DNA of 64,000 bases. Origin: an uncultured Gemmatimonadales bacterium (GTDB lineage: Bacteria > Gemmatimonadota > Gemmatimonadetes > Gemmatimonadales > Gemmatimonadaceae). Location of the stretch: assembly GCA_963707505.1 (NCBI GenBank), contig CAVPQB010000002.1, positions 96,001 to 160,000 of the forward strand. Reading direction: 5' to 3'. Under the pieces are notes generated by a model. That model saw nothing but the letters and a program-made list of their open reading frames with translations. It searched no databases and was not told the origin of the DNA. Shown here in pieces: positions 1 through 8,971 of this stretch. Each line of letters opens with the position of its first letter. The stretch's first letter is position 1. A program made the position numbers and the translations under genes.

Positions 1-1
1 A

Positions 2-1933
2 CCACGTTTCTCTGGGAATTACTCCAACGTCGCATTCGTTCGTGGATTCAACATCTATGTGCGGACAGTCGGGTCTGGTGGTGCGTATCGTGTAACTGCT
101 GATGGACATGAGATGCGGCGACACGGACTGTCAGATTGGATCTACACGGAGGAATTTGGTCAGGGTGAAGGGTTATGGTGGTCACCTAACGCACGATACC
201 TTGCGTTTGTCACTTTGGACGAGAGTCGAGTGCGACGAGTGAATGTGACGCGTCGCTTCGAAAAGGGTGAGCTCGATTCGTATCGCTACGCGTTACCAGG
301 GGAGCCGATCGCGCGACCATCGCTGAGCGTCGTAAATCTTCGCACTCATCACGTAGCGAGACTATGGTCGGCACCCGCGCAAGACGGATACATCCTAGCG
401 CCCACCTGGACAGGCGCACATGGTGAGATCGCCTTTGAGTGGCTGACCAGGGACCAACGTAGCATTTCGTTGATTTCGATCAATGCTAGCACCGGTCGGG
501 TGCGACAACTGGCTCATGAATCCGATCGATCGTACTTGGAGGCGCGGATCCGGCCAGTATTCTTCGGGAAAGGTCGCTTCTTTTTGTGGCCATCCGAGCG
601 CTCCGGTGTCATGGCTCTCTACCTATACGACAGACAAAACGACAGTTACCGGCTTGTCAGTGGCACAAGTCGAAGCCCAGTGACAAGTATCGATGGAGTG
701 GACGAAACCGGTTGGGTGTATTTCACCGCAGCTACGAACGACGGTCTTGAACGACAGAGTTTTCGCACATCAATTACGGGTGGGGAGCCGACCAAACTGA
801 CGTTGGAAAAAGGTACTCACCGAGTCGTGCTAAGTCCATCGCGGCACTTCTTCTTGGACTACTGGTCGTCGAAAGAGCAGCCGCTAACTGTTAGTGTGCG
901 CGCCGTTGACGGTAATTGGTTTCGTTTGCTTGGCGTAACGGATATCCATCAAAGCCGACCGTCGCGTGCGGCTACCACAGTTCTAGAGACTGTGATAGCT
1001 GCGGATGGCTACACCAGACTGAATGCGCAGGTGCTCTTCCCAGCGGATTTCGACACTGCCAGACGCTATCCGCTGGTACTCTACGTTTATGGTGGTCCGC
1101 ACGCGCAGCTCGTCCGGGACCAGTACGGCACGGATGCCGCAATGGAGCGACTAACTCAAAGCGGATTTGTTGTTTTGGTCGCCGATAACAGAGGGACTGC
1201 GAACCGCGATCGAGCCTTCGGTCGCGCTACATATCTTGGGCTCGGCCAAGTAGATCTAGCGGATCAAATCGCGGCGGTACAACAAGTCCTCCGGCAGTAT
1301 CCGCAACTTGATAAAACGCGCGTCGGTGTATATGGCGGATCTTTTGGTGGGTACCTATCGATCCTGGCGCTCACTCACGCACCATGTCTATTTGCGGCGG
1401 GCGTTTCGATGTTTCCGGTAACAGATTGGGCTCTCTACGACGCAGCCTACTCTGAACGGTATCTGAAGCAGCCAAAAGACGCTCCACTCGCATACCAGAA
1501 GGGATCGGCTCTTACTTCGATTAATCGACTCTCTGGGCATTTGCTACTCATGTTCGGCAGCGCAGATCCAAACGTCCACGTCATCCATAGCTTGGCTGCA
1601 ATCCGGGTTGCGGCACAAAATAGAAAGGCCATTGATGTCGTTGAATTTCCTGACATGGCGCATGGCACGACACCGGCCGCTATGGATAGCGTGATCACTA
1701 CAGGGATTAATTATCTACGCGGGCATCTACTGCCTTCAGGTATAGCTGTCGAGTTGAAACAAGGGACCGACGGTTCGAGAGGAGCTCCCGCATTCGGAAT
1801 GGCATGCGACGGTACGGCAGGATCAAACACAGAACCTTCTGCCTTTCAAGCGATGGATTTGCTTGGCAAAGTCTCTAACATCGATCGTCAGCGTGCTCTC
1901 GGGCATGCTCCCTATATTCAGGTCACACAATGA
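2..1933 (+). CDS. S9B/DPP-IV-like dipeptidyl peptidase (5' partial)
   Basis: Frame is open from the window edge (VAFVRGFNIYV). DPP-IV propeller motifs (DWIYTEE, WWSPN), YGGP, nucleophile GGSFGG, Asp in ADPNV, His in MAHG. Confidence 0.9.
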   Translation, partial: PRFSGNYSNVAFVRGFNIYVRTVGSGGAYRVTADGHEMRRHGLSDWIYTEEFGQGEGLWWSPNARYLAFVTLDESRVRRVNVTRRFEKGELDSYRYALPGEPIARPSLSVVNLRTHHVARLWSAPAQDGYILAPTWTGAHGEIAFEWLTRDQRSISLISINASTGRVRQLAHESDRSYLEARIRPVFFGKGRFFLWPSERSGVMALYLYDRQNDSYRLVSGTSRSPVTSIDGVDETGWVYFTAATNDGLERQSFRTSITGGEPTKLTLEKGTHRVVLSPSRHFFLDYWSSKEQPLTVSVRAVDGNWFRLLGVTDIHQSRPSRAATTVLETVIAADGYTRLNAQVLFPADFDTARRYPLVLYVYGGPHAQLVRDQYGTDAAMERLTQSGFVVLVADNRGTANRDRAFGRATYLGLGQVDLADQIAAVQQVLRQYPQLDKTRVGVYGGSFGGYLSILALTHAPCLFAAGVSMFPVTDWALYDAAYSERYLKQPKDAPLAYQKGSALTSINRLSGHLLLMFGSADPNVHVIHSLAAIRVAAQNRKAIDVVEFPDMAHGTTPAAMDSVITTGINYLRGHLLPSGIAVELKQGTDGSRGAPAFGMACDGTAGSNTEPSAFQAMDLLGKVSNIDRQRALGHAPYIQVTQ

Positions 1934-2802
1934 GCGCGGTTATCGGGCTTCTTAGCGACCGCACGTGGGAAGCTTGGTCGAGCGTGATAAGAGGATCCAC
2001 ATCAAGCGAATTATCTATTGCAACATCCTTTGAGCGTGTAGCTTCTCTTGAGGAGATGCTAATGAGAGTGCGTACCCGCCAATCTAGGCTGTTTATCGTG
2101 GATGCGGCGGCCGTTAATCCAATTACCTTACAAGAGTATCACCAGCAAATCGTCAATACCGATGTTCCGTTCGCCGTTTACGTTGGGCAAGCGGGGGAGC
2201 GGCTTGGCGGTATGCTCAGACTTGCGACATGCGATCGCTGTCGGTTCGTGCTTGACCCACCGCACGGGAACGGCTGGATCGACCTAGTAGCGTGGTACCA
2301 CGAAACAGTGAGTACTGAACTTGGCACGCGTCTCCTCGACATCATCGCGCCTATTGTGGAGCAGCTGCCTTATATGATGAAACGAAACATCCAACAGTTG
2401 TTAAAGACTGGTGGGCCCTGGATCGAAGTGCAGCAGCTAGCCTGCGACAGCGCACTCTCAGTCCGTTCTCTGAGTCGGGTGTGCAGTAATGTTGGCCTGG
2501 CGCCGCCTCACGTGATCATTGCTGCAGCTCGACTTCTCCAGGCGTATCGCTTGACTACTACGACAAATTATTCCGTCGCGAGAGTCTCAAGAAGCTGTGG
2601 GTACGACTCGCTTAGAGCAGCGAATCGGCACGCTCGTAGGGTGTGTGGTAAATCATTGACACATCTTCGAACCATGCACGATGACACTCTGGTTTTAACG
2701 CGTCTGGCTGACACGCTTCTGAGAAGTAGCGATGCCGATTACCTACAGGCGCTTGATGGTACTGATGTTTTTAGCCGAGTTATGGTGCCATGTCCTGCAT
2801 AA
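1930..2802 (+). CDS. AraC-family transcriptional regulator
   Basis: C-terminal double HTH (LACDSALSVRSLSR...ARLLQA...SVARVSRSCGY). ATGA overlap with the upstream gene. Confidence 0.75.
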   Translation: MSAVIGLLSDRTWEAWSSVIRGSTSSELSIATSFERVASLEEMLMRVRTRQSRLFIVDAAAVNPITLQEYHQQIVNTDVPFAVYVGQAGERLGGMLRLATCDRCRFVLDPPHGNGWIDLVAWYHETVSTELGTRLLDIIAPIVEQLPYMMKRNIQQLLKTGGPWIEVQQLACDSALSVRSLSRVCSNVGLAPPHVIIAAARLLQAYRLTTTTNYSVARVSRSCGYDSLRAANRHARRVCGKSLTHLRTMHDDTLVLTRLADTLLRSSDADYLQALDGTDVFSRVMVPCPA

Positions 2803-2946
2803 CTCGGAACAGTCATCGCGCCAATCACAATGAGCGTATTACCAGCTCCACAGCAGTGTTTGTTGGCATTATCTGGAACCAAAGTAACATTCGCAGCGAC
2901 ACTCTTATGGGAGCATCGGTGTTCGCAAGAGCGACGGGCAGTCGAG

Positions 2947-3450
2947 CTAATCGGCGTCTTCCTCGTAACGTCGCCTCGCAGCTATTCGAGAGCGTTTGTA
3001 GAACTCGTCATACAAGTCGTATGCTTTTGCACGTGACAATCCGGCCGCCCGGAGTGCAATCGCTGTCGGATCTCGATAAAGCGACAAAACCGCCAAGAGA
3101 AAGTGATCTGGTCCAACGAGGCCGCTACCCAACATTGCAGCCTCTTCGCCCGCGCGGCGTACCAAAGCCTTTAGTTGAACCGTTTCGTGGTGCCATGGAC
3201 GATACCAATGGGGCTGCTCCGGCGCTTCGACTGGCGGCACGCTAGGAATGAACCTGTCCAGTGCGATCCCTGTTGCAGCCCAAAGCATACTCTGTGACGG
3301 AGTCTGACTTGCGATCGCAACCACCACTGCGAGGCTTGCCGGGGCTGAAGAATGTTCCTTCAGCCAAGCGGCAGCGTCATCGATAACGTACTTGCTACTT
3401 CCACTTACTCGCCTTTTGCCCATCAGCATTTGAACCTCCGTAATATGCAT
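2947..3450 (-). CDS. Clp protease N-terminal (Clp repeat) domain protein
   Basis: AGEEAAMLGSGLVGPDHFLLAVL...AIALRAAGL matches a Clp_N repeat. Start uncertain. Confidence 0.65.
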   Translation of the reverse strand: MHITEVQMLMGKRRVSGSSKYVIDDAAAWLKEHSSAPASLAVVVAIASQTPSQSMLWAATGIALDRFIPSVPPVEAPEQPHWYRPWHHETVQLKALVRRAGEEAAMLGSGLVGPDHFLLAVLSLYRDPTAIALRAAGLSRAKAYDLYDEFYKRSRIAARRRYEEDAD

Positions 3451-3585
3451 TAAGAGTTCTATGCATGAGACACCTAATTGAATGGTTGGGTTGCCGTTTG
3501 CAAGTACCAGATACTGCCGGTGTCGAAGCAGCCATGTTTAAGGCTACTAATGACAGTACGCACAAGTCAGATCTTTTCTTTCATT

Positions 3586-4245
3586 GACTATGATTTTATC
3601 AATGGACTCGTCGGGGCCGCAGGATACGCACTTTAGCGACCGCCCACCGAGTTCACGCGAAAAATTGTTCGACGAATCGTAGATCTGTTATCCAACTTTG
3701 CGGAGATTTCAAACACCGAGATCGAGTAGCGTACAGCACCGGGAATGTTGGCGCCCCTGACACATGTACTCTATCCGTGTGGCTACTATAACGTTGGATT
3801 AGCACATGGCATTCCCGGGATTATCTGCGTGCTCGCTAATTTCCTGAGCGCTGGCGAAGATGCGACACGTGTCAAGGCACTATTGACTGGCACTGTGAAT
3901 TGGCTACGTGCGCAAGACCAACACGTCCCGAACCCGTCAGGTTTTGCTTGATACGTAACAAACGACTGCCCTCCAACAGGTTCCGCACGTCTTGCGTGGT
4001 GTTATGGCGACCATGGAATTGCTGTTGCACTCCGAATCGCTGGCAATGTCATGGATTGTGTTGACTGGGTTCTCGCCGCGGAAAATATCGAGAGATTCGC
4101 GGTTGTAGCAAATGCGATTCACGAAGATTTCGCTTCGGGGTTTACTGACGCCGCTCTTTGCCATGGAGCTGGCGGGCTGCCACATATATACAACCGGCTC
4201 TACCAAGTTACCGACACTTACCGCAGCCCGCACCGATGTGTTTGA
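3586..4245 (+). pseudogene. lanC: Lanthionine synthetase C-like cyclase (LanC) pseudogene
   Basis: One frame encodes DYDFINGLVG, NVGLAHGIPG, RLAWCYGD and LCHGAGG, interrupted by in-frame stops at 3634, 3727 and 3949. Confidence 0.85.
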
Positions 4246-4431
4246 TTGCGTCGAGCGCTTCTACAATCCGGAGGCACTCAACCCTGGGCTACCTGAGCCC
4301 TATGGACTTCGAGCAGCAAGCACGTGTAGCTTAGCCGTGTGTCCACGGAACCGGCAGCAACTCCACCGCTCGGCTCTATCAACGAACTTTTTGACTCACA
4401 CCACTAGCCTCATCGAAGGCGCGGCGTATTC

Positions 4432-6405
4432 ATGAGCAACGACCCGACTGACAGTAAAGCATTTGACGCCCGCGCGGTACCAGATAGAACTGTATCGATG
4501 GACCAAGACGAGAGTGCGGCATCCCGTGCCGCAGACGCCACGCTCTCAACTTCCGAGCCACCTGCCGTATTAGCGCTCCAAGCGCTTCTTACCGAGCTTG
4601 ACGCCGACCCTAGTCTCACGTCAGAGGAAGATTGCGCGGCAAAGCTCCGTGCGCTGCGCGAGTACTACACGACTGCAGACGTGTCGGCGCCTGATGCATT
4701 CTTCGCGGAGCTCATCGCCTTTTCGGTTCACGCACCGTACCCGGACACACCCTCCCGCTGGGGAACGTACTTTGGCCCTATCATGACGGGCCAGACAGCG
4801 ACCGGAGAGCCGTGGGAATCACCGAGCCGAGCAGATATCACGGACGAAATGCTCTTATACTGGCGTCGGCGTGCGCCTGAGGCACGGAATCCCATTATGC
4901 GTGCGCGGTATGCCGATCTCGTGTGGGAGCTACCACCAGTTCTGAATCATCTGAATGATCGCCAACGTGACGCGGCGTTTGCTCGGGCGGCGATCGATGC
5001 GTACCTCGAAGCTACGTCACCACGCTGGTATGATCACGAAATGGTTGCTAAGCACCGAGTCGAGCGTGCCCTCGCACTTAGCGCGCTTCTTCGTGATCCA
5101 GAACGGATTGTCCGTTCACGCGACGCACTCGTCGACTTGGAGGACTCGATTGCAAGTGACGAGTTTGCCGATCTTTGGGGCGTTAGCTTCGACACACTTG
5201 TTGAGTCTCCCAGCAAACACATTCCCGTCCCCGATGCTCTCCGAGACCGCCTCGTCGATGATCTGGAGCAGCGACTTACGAGATTTGCTAGCGGGCCGCC
5301 AGACCAGTATCACCCGAACGGTCCCGAAGCAGCGGCACTACGCCTAGCGGAGCATTATCGCCGACAGAACCGCCTCGGAGACGTGGAGCGCGTGCTCGTG
5401 GCTTACGAGATTGTCGTTTTGCGGATGGAAGGGACGGCGGCTCCGCTGGTGGCTGCGCACTCGGTTGAGCAGCTTTACAGGACATATGTCAATTTTGGTC
5501 TGCGTGACCGGGCCGACGCTCTGAACGCAATAATACAACGGCTTGGCAAGGCGACTCATGAAGCCATGAGCGAGCACACGGTGTCTGTGGAGATATCTCG
5601 CGAGAAGGTTGACGCCTACTTCGACGAGCTACTTGAGGGAGACCCAGCGGAAGTTCTCGGACGAATCATGGTCCAATTTCTCCCCCGCCGAGCGCAGATC
5701 CAGGCACAAGTTCTTGATCTAGCGAAGAAGACACCTTTTCTGGCGATGCTCGGTCGGAAAATCACCGATGCGAGCGGGCGTACGATTGCAATCATCGGTT
5801 CCGTTGACGAGGATATCAACGGAAATGTTGTGCGCCAAATGGCAGAGAACCTCCGTATTGGCGCTGGCTTCCTCCATGAGGCTTTCCACCGTGGTTTAGA
5901 ACGGACTTCATTTACCCGTGACGACCTGATGGCTGCGGTGTTCGAGTCTGCCGTCATCCGTCAAGATCGGCGCACAATAGTTGAGCGTGGCCTCCGGGCA
6001 GCGCTAGACGGGGATGATCTCATCGCCGCGCACTTGCTCATTCCGCAGGTCGAAGCAGGTCTCCGTGAAGCAGCAGGCCTTACCGGCGTCGCAATCTACA
6101 AAGCACGCCAGGGTGGTGGGCTGCAGCTTCGGGTGCTGGATGATTTGCTCCGCGATCATGGGATGACAGAGGCTCTGGGGGAGGATCTCACATTCTATTT
6201 CCGCGCGTTGTTCACAGACCAGCGCGCATGGAACCTGCGAAACACGGTCGCTCACGGCTTACTTGCCGCCGATGCATTCGGTCCGGTCGCATCTGATAGG
6301 CTCATTCACGCATTCCTAATGTTAGGCGGGGTTCGTGCTGTCGAAGACGGAGGCGACAAGGAGGCTGCTGATGTCGCAACAGACGAATTCGGAGACTCAC
6401 CGTAA
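4432..6405 (+). CDS. DUF4209-domain protein with C-terminal HEPN-like RxxxxH motif
   Basis: 657 aa, largely helical. C-terminal LIPQVEAGLR...WNLRNTVAHGLL is typical of DUF4209. Confidence 0.75.
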   Translation: MSNDPTDSKAFDARAVPDRTVSMDQDESAASRAADATLSTSEPPAVLALQALLTELDADPSLTSEEDCAAKLRALREYYTTADVSAPDAFFAELIAFSVHAPYPDTPSRWGTYFGPIMTGQTATGEPWESPSRADITDEMLLYWRRRAPEARNPIMRARYADLVWELPPVLNHLNDRQRDAAFARAAIDAYLEATSPRWYDHEMVAKHRVERALALSALLRDPERIVRSRDALVDLEDSIASDEFADLWGVSFDTLVESPSKHIPVPDALRDRLVDDLEQRLTRFASGPPDQYHPNGPEAAALRLAEHYRRQNRLGDVERVLVAYEIVVLRMEGTAAPLVAAHSVEQLYRTYVNFGLRDRADALNAIIQRLGKATHEAMSEHTVSVEISREKVDAYFDELLEGDPAEVLGRIMVQFLPRRAQIQAQVLDLAKKTPFLAMLGRKITDASGRTIAIIGSVDEDINGNVVRQMAENLRIGAGFLHEAFHRGLERTSFTRDDLMAAVFESAVIRQDRRTIVERGLRAALDGDDLIAAHLLIPQVEAGLREAAGLTGVAIYKARQGGGLQLRVLDDLLRDHGMTEALGEDLTFYFRALFTDQRAWNLRNTVAHGLLAADAFGPVASDRLIHAFLMLGGVRAVEDGGDKEAADVATDEFGDSP

Positions 6406-6983
6406 ACATTGTGAAGGCGAGCCTCCGCTACTCATGGTTCTGACGATCTCCAATTGCGTACTGCCAGGCCCACAGTCATTACATTTGGCAGTATTCTCAT
6501 CGGAGCACCCACGTTCTCGACTTGCTGTATCGCACGTACGACTGCTTCGCGCACCGTACACAGCTGTCGAGCACGGATACAAACTCCCGTAGCGTCGGGT
6601 TTTTACGTTGCTGCCATCCAGCAGGCGTTTAGCGAGTCACTCCCCTCAAACAGTACAATCCGTCGCGCGCTCCGGAACAAGTCTGTGCCGAACTCGGTCC
6701 GGTTCGAGTTGGAGCGATGCAGGTCGGCAATGACTTGCGGCTGCCCCGGTATCCCTAGGTCGGACGCCTCCGAGCTACACCTTCATCCAAATACGATCAG
6801 AACCCATTTTCACAATTGGCGCGAGTACGAAATGCTGGCATCTGCAATGAGATTGACTGGCGCACGGCGATCCGCACTGCAGGCGGAACGGCGCGCTCCA
6901 GCTTCCAGCAGCGCACCATTGTCAATTGCGACCTGTTCACAGGTGCAGCAACATTCCTAAGGAACAAAAGAAGATAGAGTGCG

Positions 6984-8195
6984 CTACCGACTCGCCGGCG
7001 GCAACACTCCCCGACCGTCCTTTGTCACTCTCTCACTCTCAGAGCGCCACCATCCGTCGATACTCTCCGTCCCGGTGAGTCCTACAAACTCTGGCACTCG
7101 CGCAAGCACCGCGTCGCTCGCGCCAGTTACCTTTGCAAATTTGAGTAATCCCGGTATCCCGGAACGGCGGAAGATTGCCTGAACGATCAACGCATCAGTT
7201 GTGTACATAGCATCGCTTGCAGCAGAACCGCCAGGAGCACCACCATGCAGTAGCTGAGCTATCGTGACAGTGGGGTGATCCGATTGGTACTTCCGCAACA
7301 ACGGATACATCTGTAATGCGGGGTGTCCGTCGTGACCACCGAGCCATACTGCAACCCCTTCGTTGAATAAGGCGTTCCCGGGGTGTAAGGTTGGCGAGAG
7401 TACTACATGCACGAATTCGTGCAGATAGTCTTCGCCCACTCTTGGATCTCCAATCAGGACGATCCCCGAGGGCGGGATTGAACGCCCGCCAAATCCTGTG
7501 TCTGGGCCTGAGCCATCAGGAAAGAAGTCGAGGCCAACAGCGCGCCATGCCTCATCGGTCGAAGCTGTGACATAGGCGTCGATATGCGCTGGCGGCGTCA
7601 CGGCGAAGAGCTTGGCGACCGAGTCGACGAATCGAGCAGTCTCGGTCGCCTTGCTGGGAGATTCTTTCTGACCGGGAGCGTACCAGAATGTGATTCGCCC
7701 AACATCCCGCCTCCGCCAATCACGCGTGACTCGAGGGAGAGCATTCGCCAGTTGCCATCCAAAAGGTGATCCTGGCGCCCGTACGGCGAACAGCCGTTGA
7801 AGTGCCAGCGCAGACACAGGCTTGCCGCTCGTCGAGCTCGTCGCGTGTAAGATCTTCACAGCATAAACGCTGTCTCCAGGGAATGCGGGAGTAACGGCGA
7901 CGATTGTAGCATTGAAACCCTGGTAAGCGGTCAATGCAATGTCGCCGAATCCCGCATCAAGCTTGGTCCCCATACTCCACAACCCACGAGCGCGAGCGGA
8001 TGAATCCGGCTTTGCCAGATAAGCACTGGTGAGCGAGACGATGCTATGGACTTCGGCTATCGTAGTGTCCACACCGAATCCAATGCCGATAGCCTTCGCG
8101 GGAACTTGCGCGTCGGCGCGCGAAGAAGGTACGAACGACGTCGCAACAAGAGCTACAGCGATACAAAATTGACGACAGGCTAAATGGCGAACCAT
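6984..8195 (-). CDS. Secreted gluzincin-type metallopeptidase-like protein
   Basis: GGAGG RBS before ATG 8195, signal peptide ending ADA-Q, HEFVH followed by FNEGVA. Confidence 0.65.
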   Translation of the reverse strand: MVRHLACRQFCIAVALVATSFVPSSRADAQVPAKAIGIGFGVDTTIAEVHSIVSLTSAYLAKPDSSARARGLWSMGTKLDAGFGDIALTAYQGFNATIVAVTPAFPGDSVYAVKILHATSSTSGKPVSALALQRLFAVRAPGSPFGWQLANALPRVTRDWRRRDVGRITFWYAPGQKESPSKATETARFVDSVAKLFAVTPPAHIDAYVTASTDEAWRAVGLDFFPDGSGPDTGFGGRSIPPSGIVLIGDPRVGEDYLHEFVHVVLSPTLHPGNALFNEGVAVWLGGHDGHPALQMYPLLRKYQSDHPTVTIAQLLHGGAPGGSAASDAMYTTDALIVQAIFRRSGIPGLLKFAKVTGASDAVLARVPEFVGLTGTESIDGWWRSESERVTKDGRGVLPPASR

Positions 8196-8230
8196 GCTCG
8201 CCCCTCCATGAGACATCGAGTTCATGCCCA

Positions 8231-8264
8231 CAAGGCGCAATTCACGAAAGTGAATTGCGCCTTG
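8231..8264. terminator. 15-bp perfect hairpin with GAAA loop downstream of the CBASS operon
   Basis: CAAGGCGCAATTCAC-GAAA-GTGAATTGCGCCTTG. Confidence 0.6.
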
Positions 8265-8446
8265 CTCTTTCACTCTTGGCAAGTAGTGTAAGGACGATAC
8301 ACGCCACCATTACGTTTGTCGATGATTCGCAATCAACTCGGCTGTCGGCCTAGAATTGGACTCATCAGTGGGGGAACGTCGCGGATCCTTAAGTCATTAC
8401 CTGTCCATCAAACGGGGTATACACTCCAAAAAAAAGCCGCGGAATT

Positions 8447-8971
8447 TTACGGAGATATTCTTTCCTCTACCTTCTTCCCCGCATGCGTAGCCGCCGCTAG
8501 GACCGCCGGTGTCTTGCCTCTCGGAAATACAGTCGCGGACGTTGACCATCTTCCATGTGGGTCGCCGCCAATGATGAAGAGTACGGGTTCGGGACAGTTG
8601 TAGAGGTAGGATCCTGCAATGCGTCGCATCGAATTATGATCTTTGGGGCTGGGTGTCGGAGCCGCACTCGGATGGAAGTGCCACTCGCCGAGATAGAAGC
8701 CCTCTCCCTGTCGCCAGTAGTGGTCCAGCATGCGTTGGAGTCCATTAACGCCTCTGTAGAACCACGTCGAGCCGAACTTCGAGTCAATGGAGGGAGAAGT
8801 AATTCGATCTACGATCGCGCAATCGTGCCCATCGCTGTAATGACCGATGAGAATTCCTCCAGTCTCCCGTGAGCGAGCTCGCACGCACTCTTCGAGCATC
8901 AATTTCACACTAGCATCGCCAACGCATAGGCCGAAACGCAAGTCTTCAGACCAGTGTTCCAGATCAGACAC
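8447..8971 (-). CDS. cap3: CBASS Cap3 JAB/MPN isopeptidase
   Basis: ETGGIL, GEWHFHP...PSPKD JAMM motif. Probable GTG start at 8971 overlaps the cap2 stop. Confidence 0.9.
   Translation of the reverse strand: MSDLEHWSEDLRFGLCVGDASVKLMLEECVRARSRETGGILIGHYSDGHDCAIVDRITSPSIDSKFGSTWFYRGVNGLQRMLDHYWRQGEGFYLGEWHFHPSAAPTPSPKDHNSMRRIAGSYLYNCPEPVLFIIGGDPHGRWSTSATVFPRGKTPAVLAAATHAGKKVEERISP

Noticed and set aside
3634..3951. Stop-codon recoding (pyrrolysine, selenocysteine or alternative code) in lanC
   Set aside because: Mixed TAG and TGA stops fall at Glu/Trp-like positions, the gene is truncated, and neighbouring genes use TAG/TGA as normal stops.
6454..6960. 168-aa ORF containing an HTH-like fragment (ASELHLHPNTIRTH)
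   Set aside because: The rest of the ORF is not protein-like. At most it is a decayed regulator or transposase scrap, too weak to call.
8196..8282. Longer start for the gluzincin ORF
   Set aside because: It runs through the terminator-like hairpin. ATG 8195 has a GGAGG RBS and a signal peptide.
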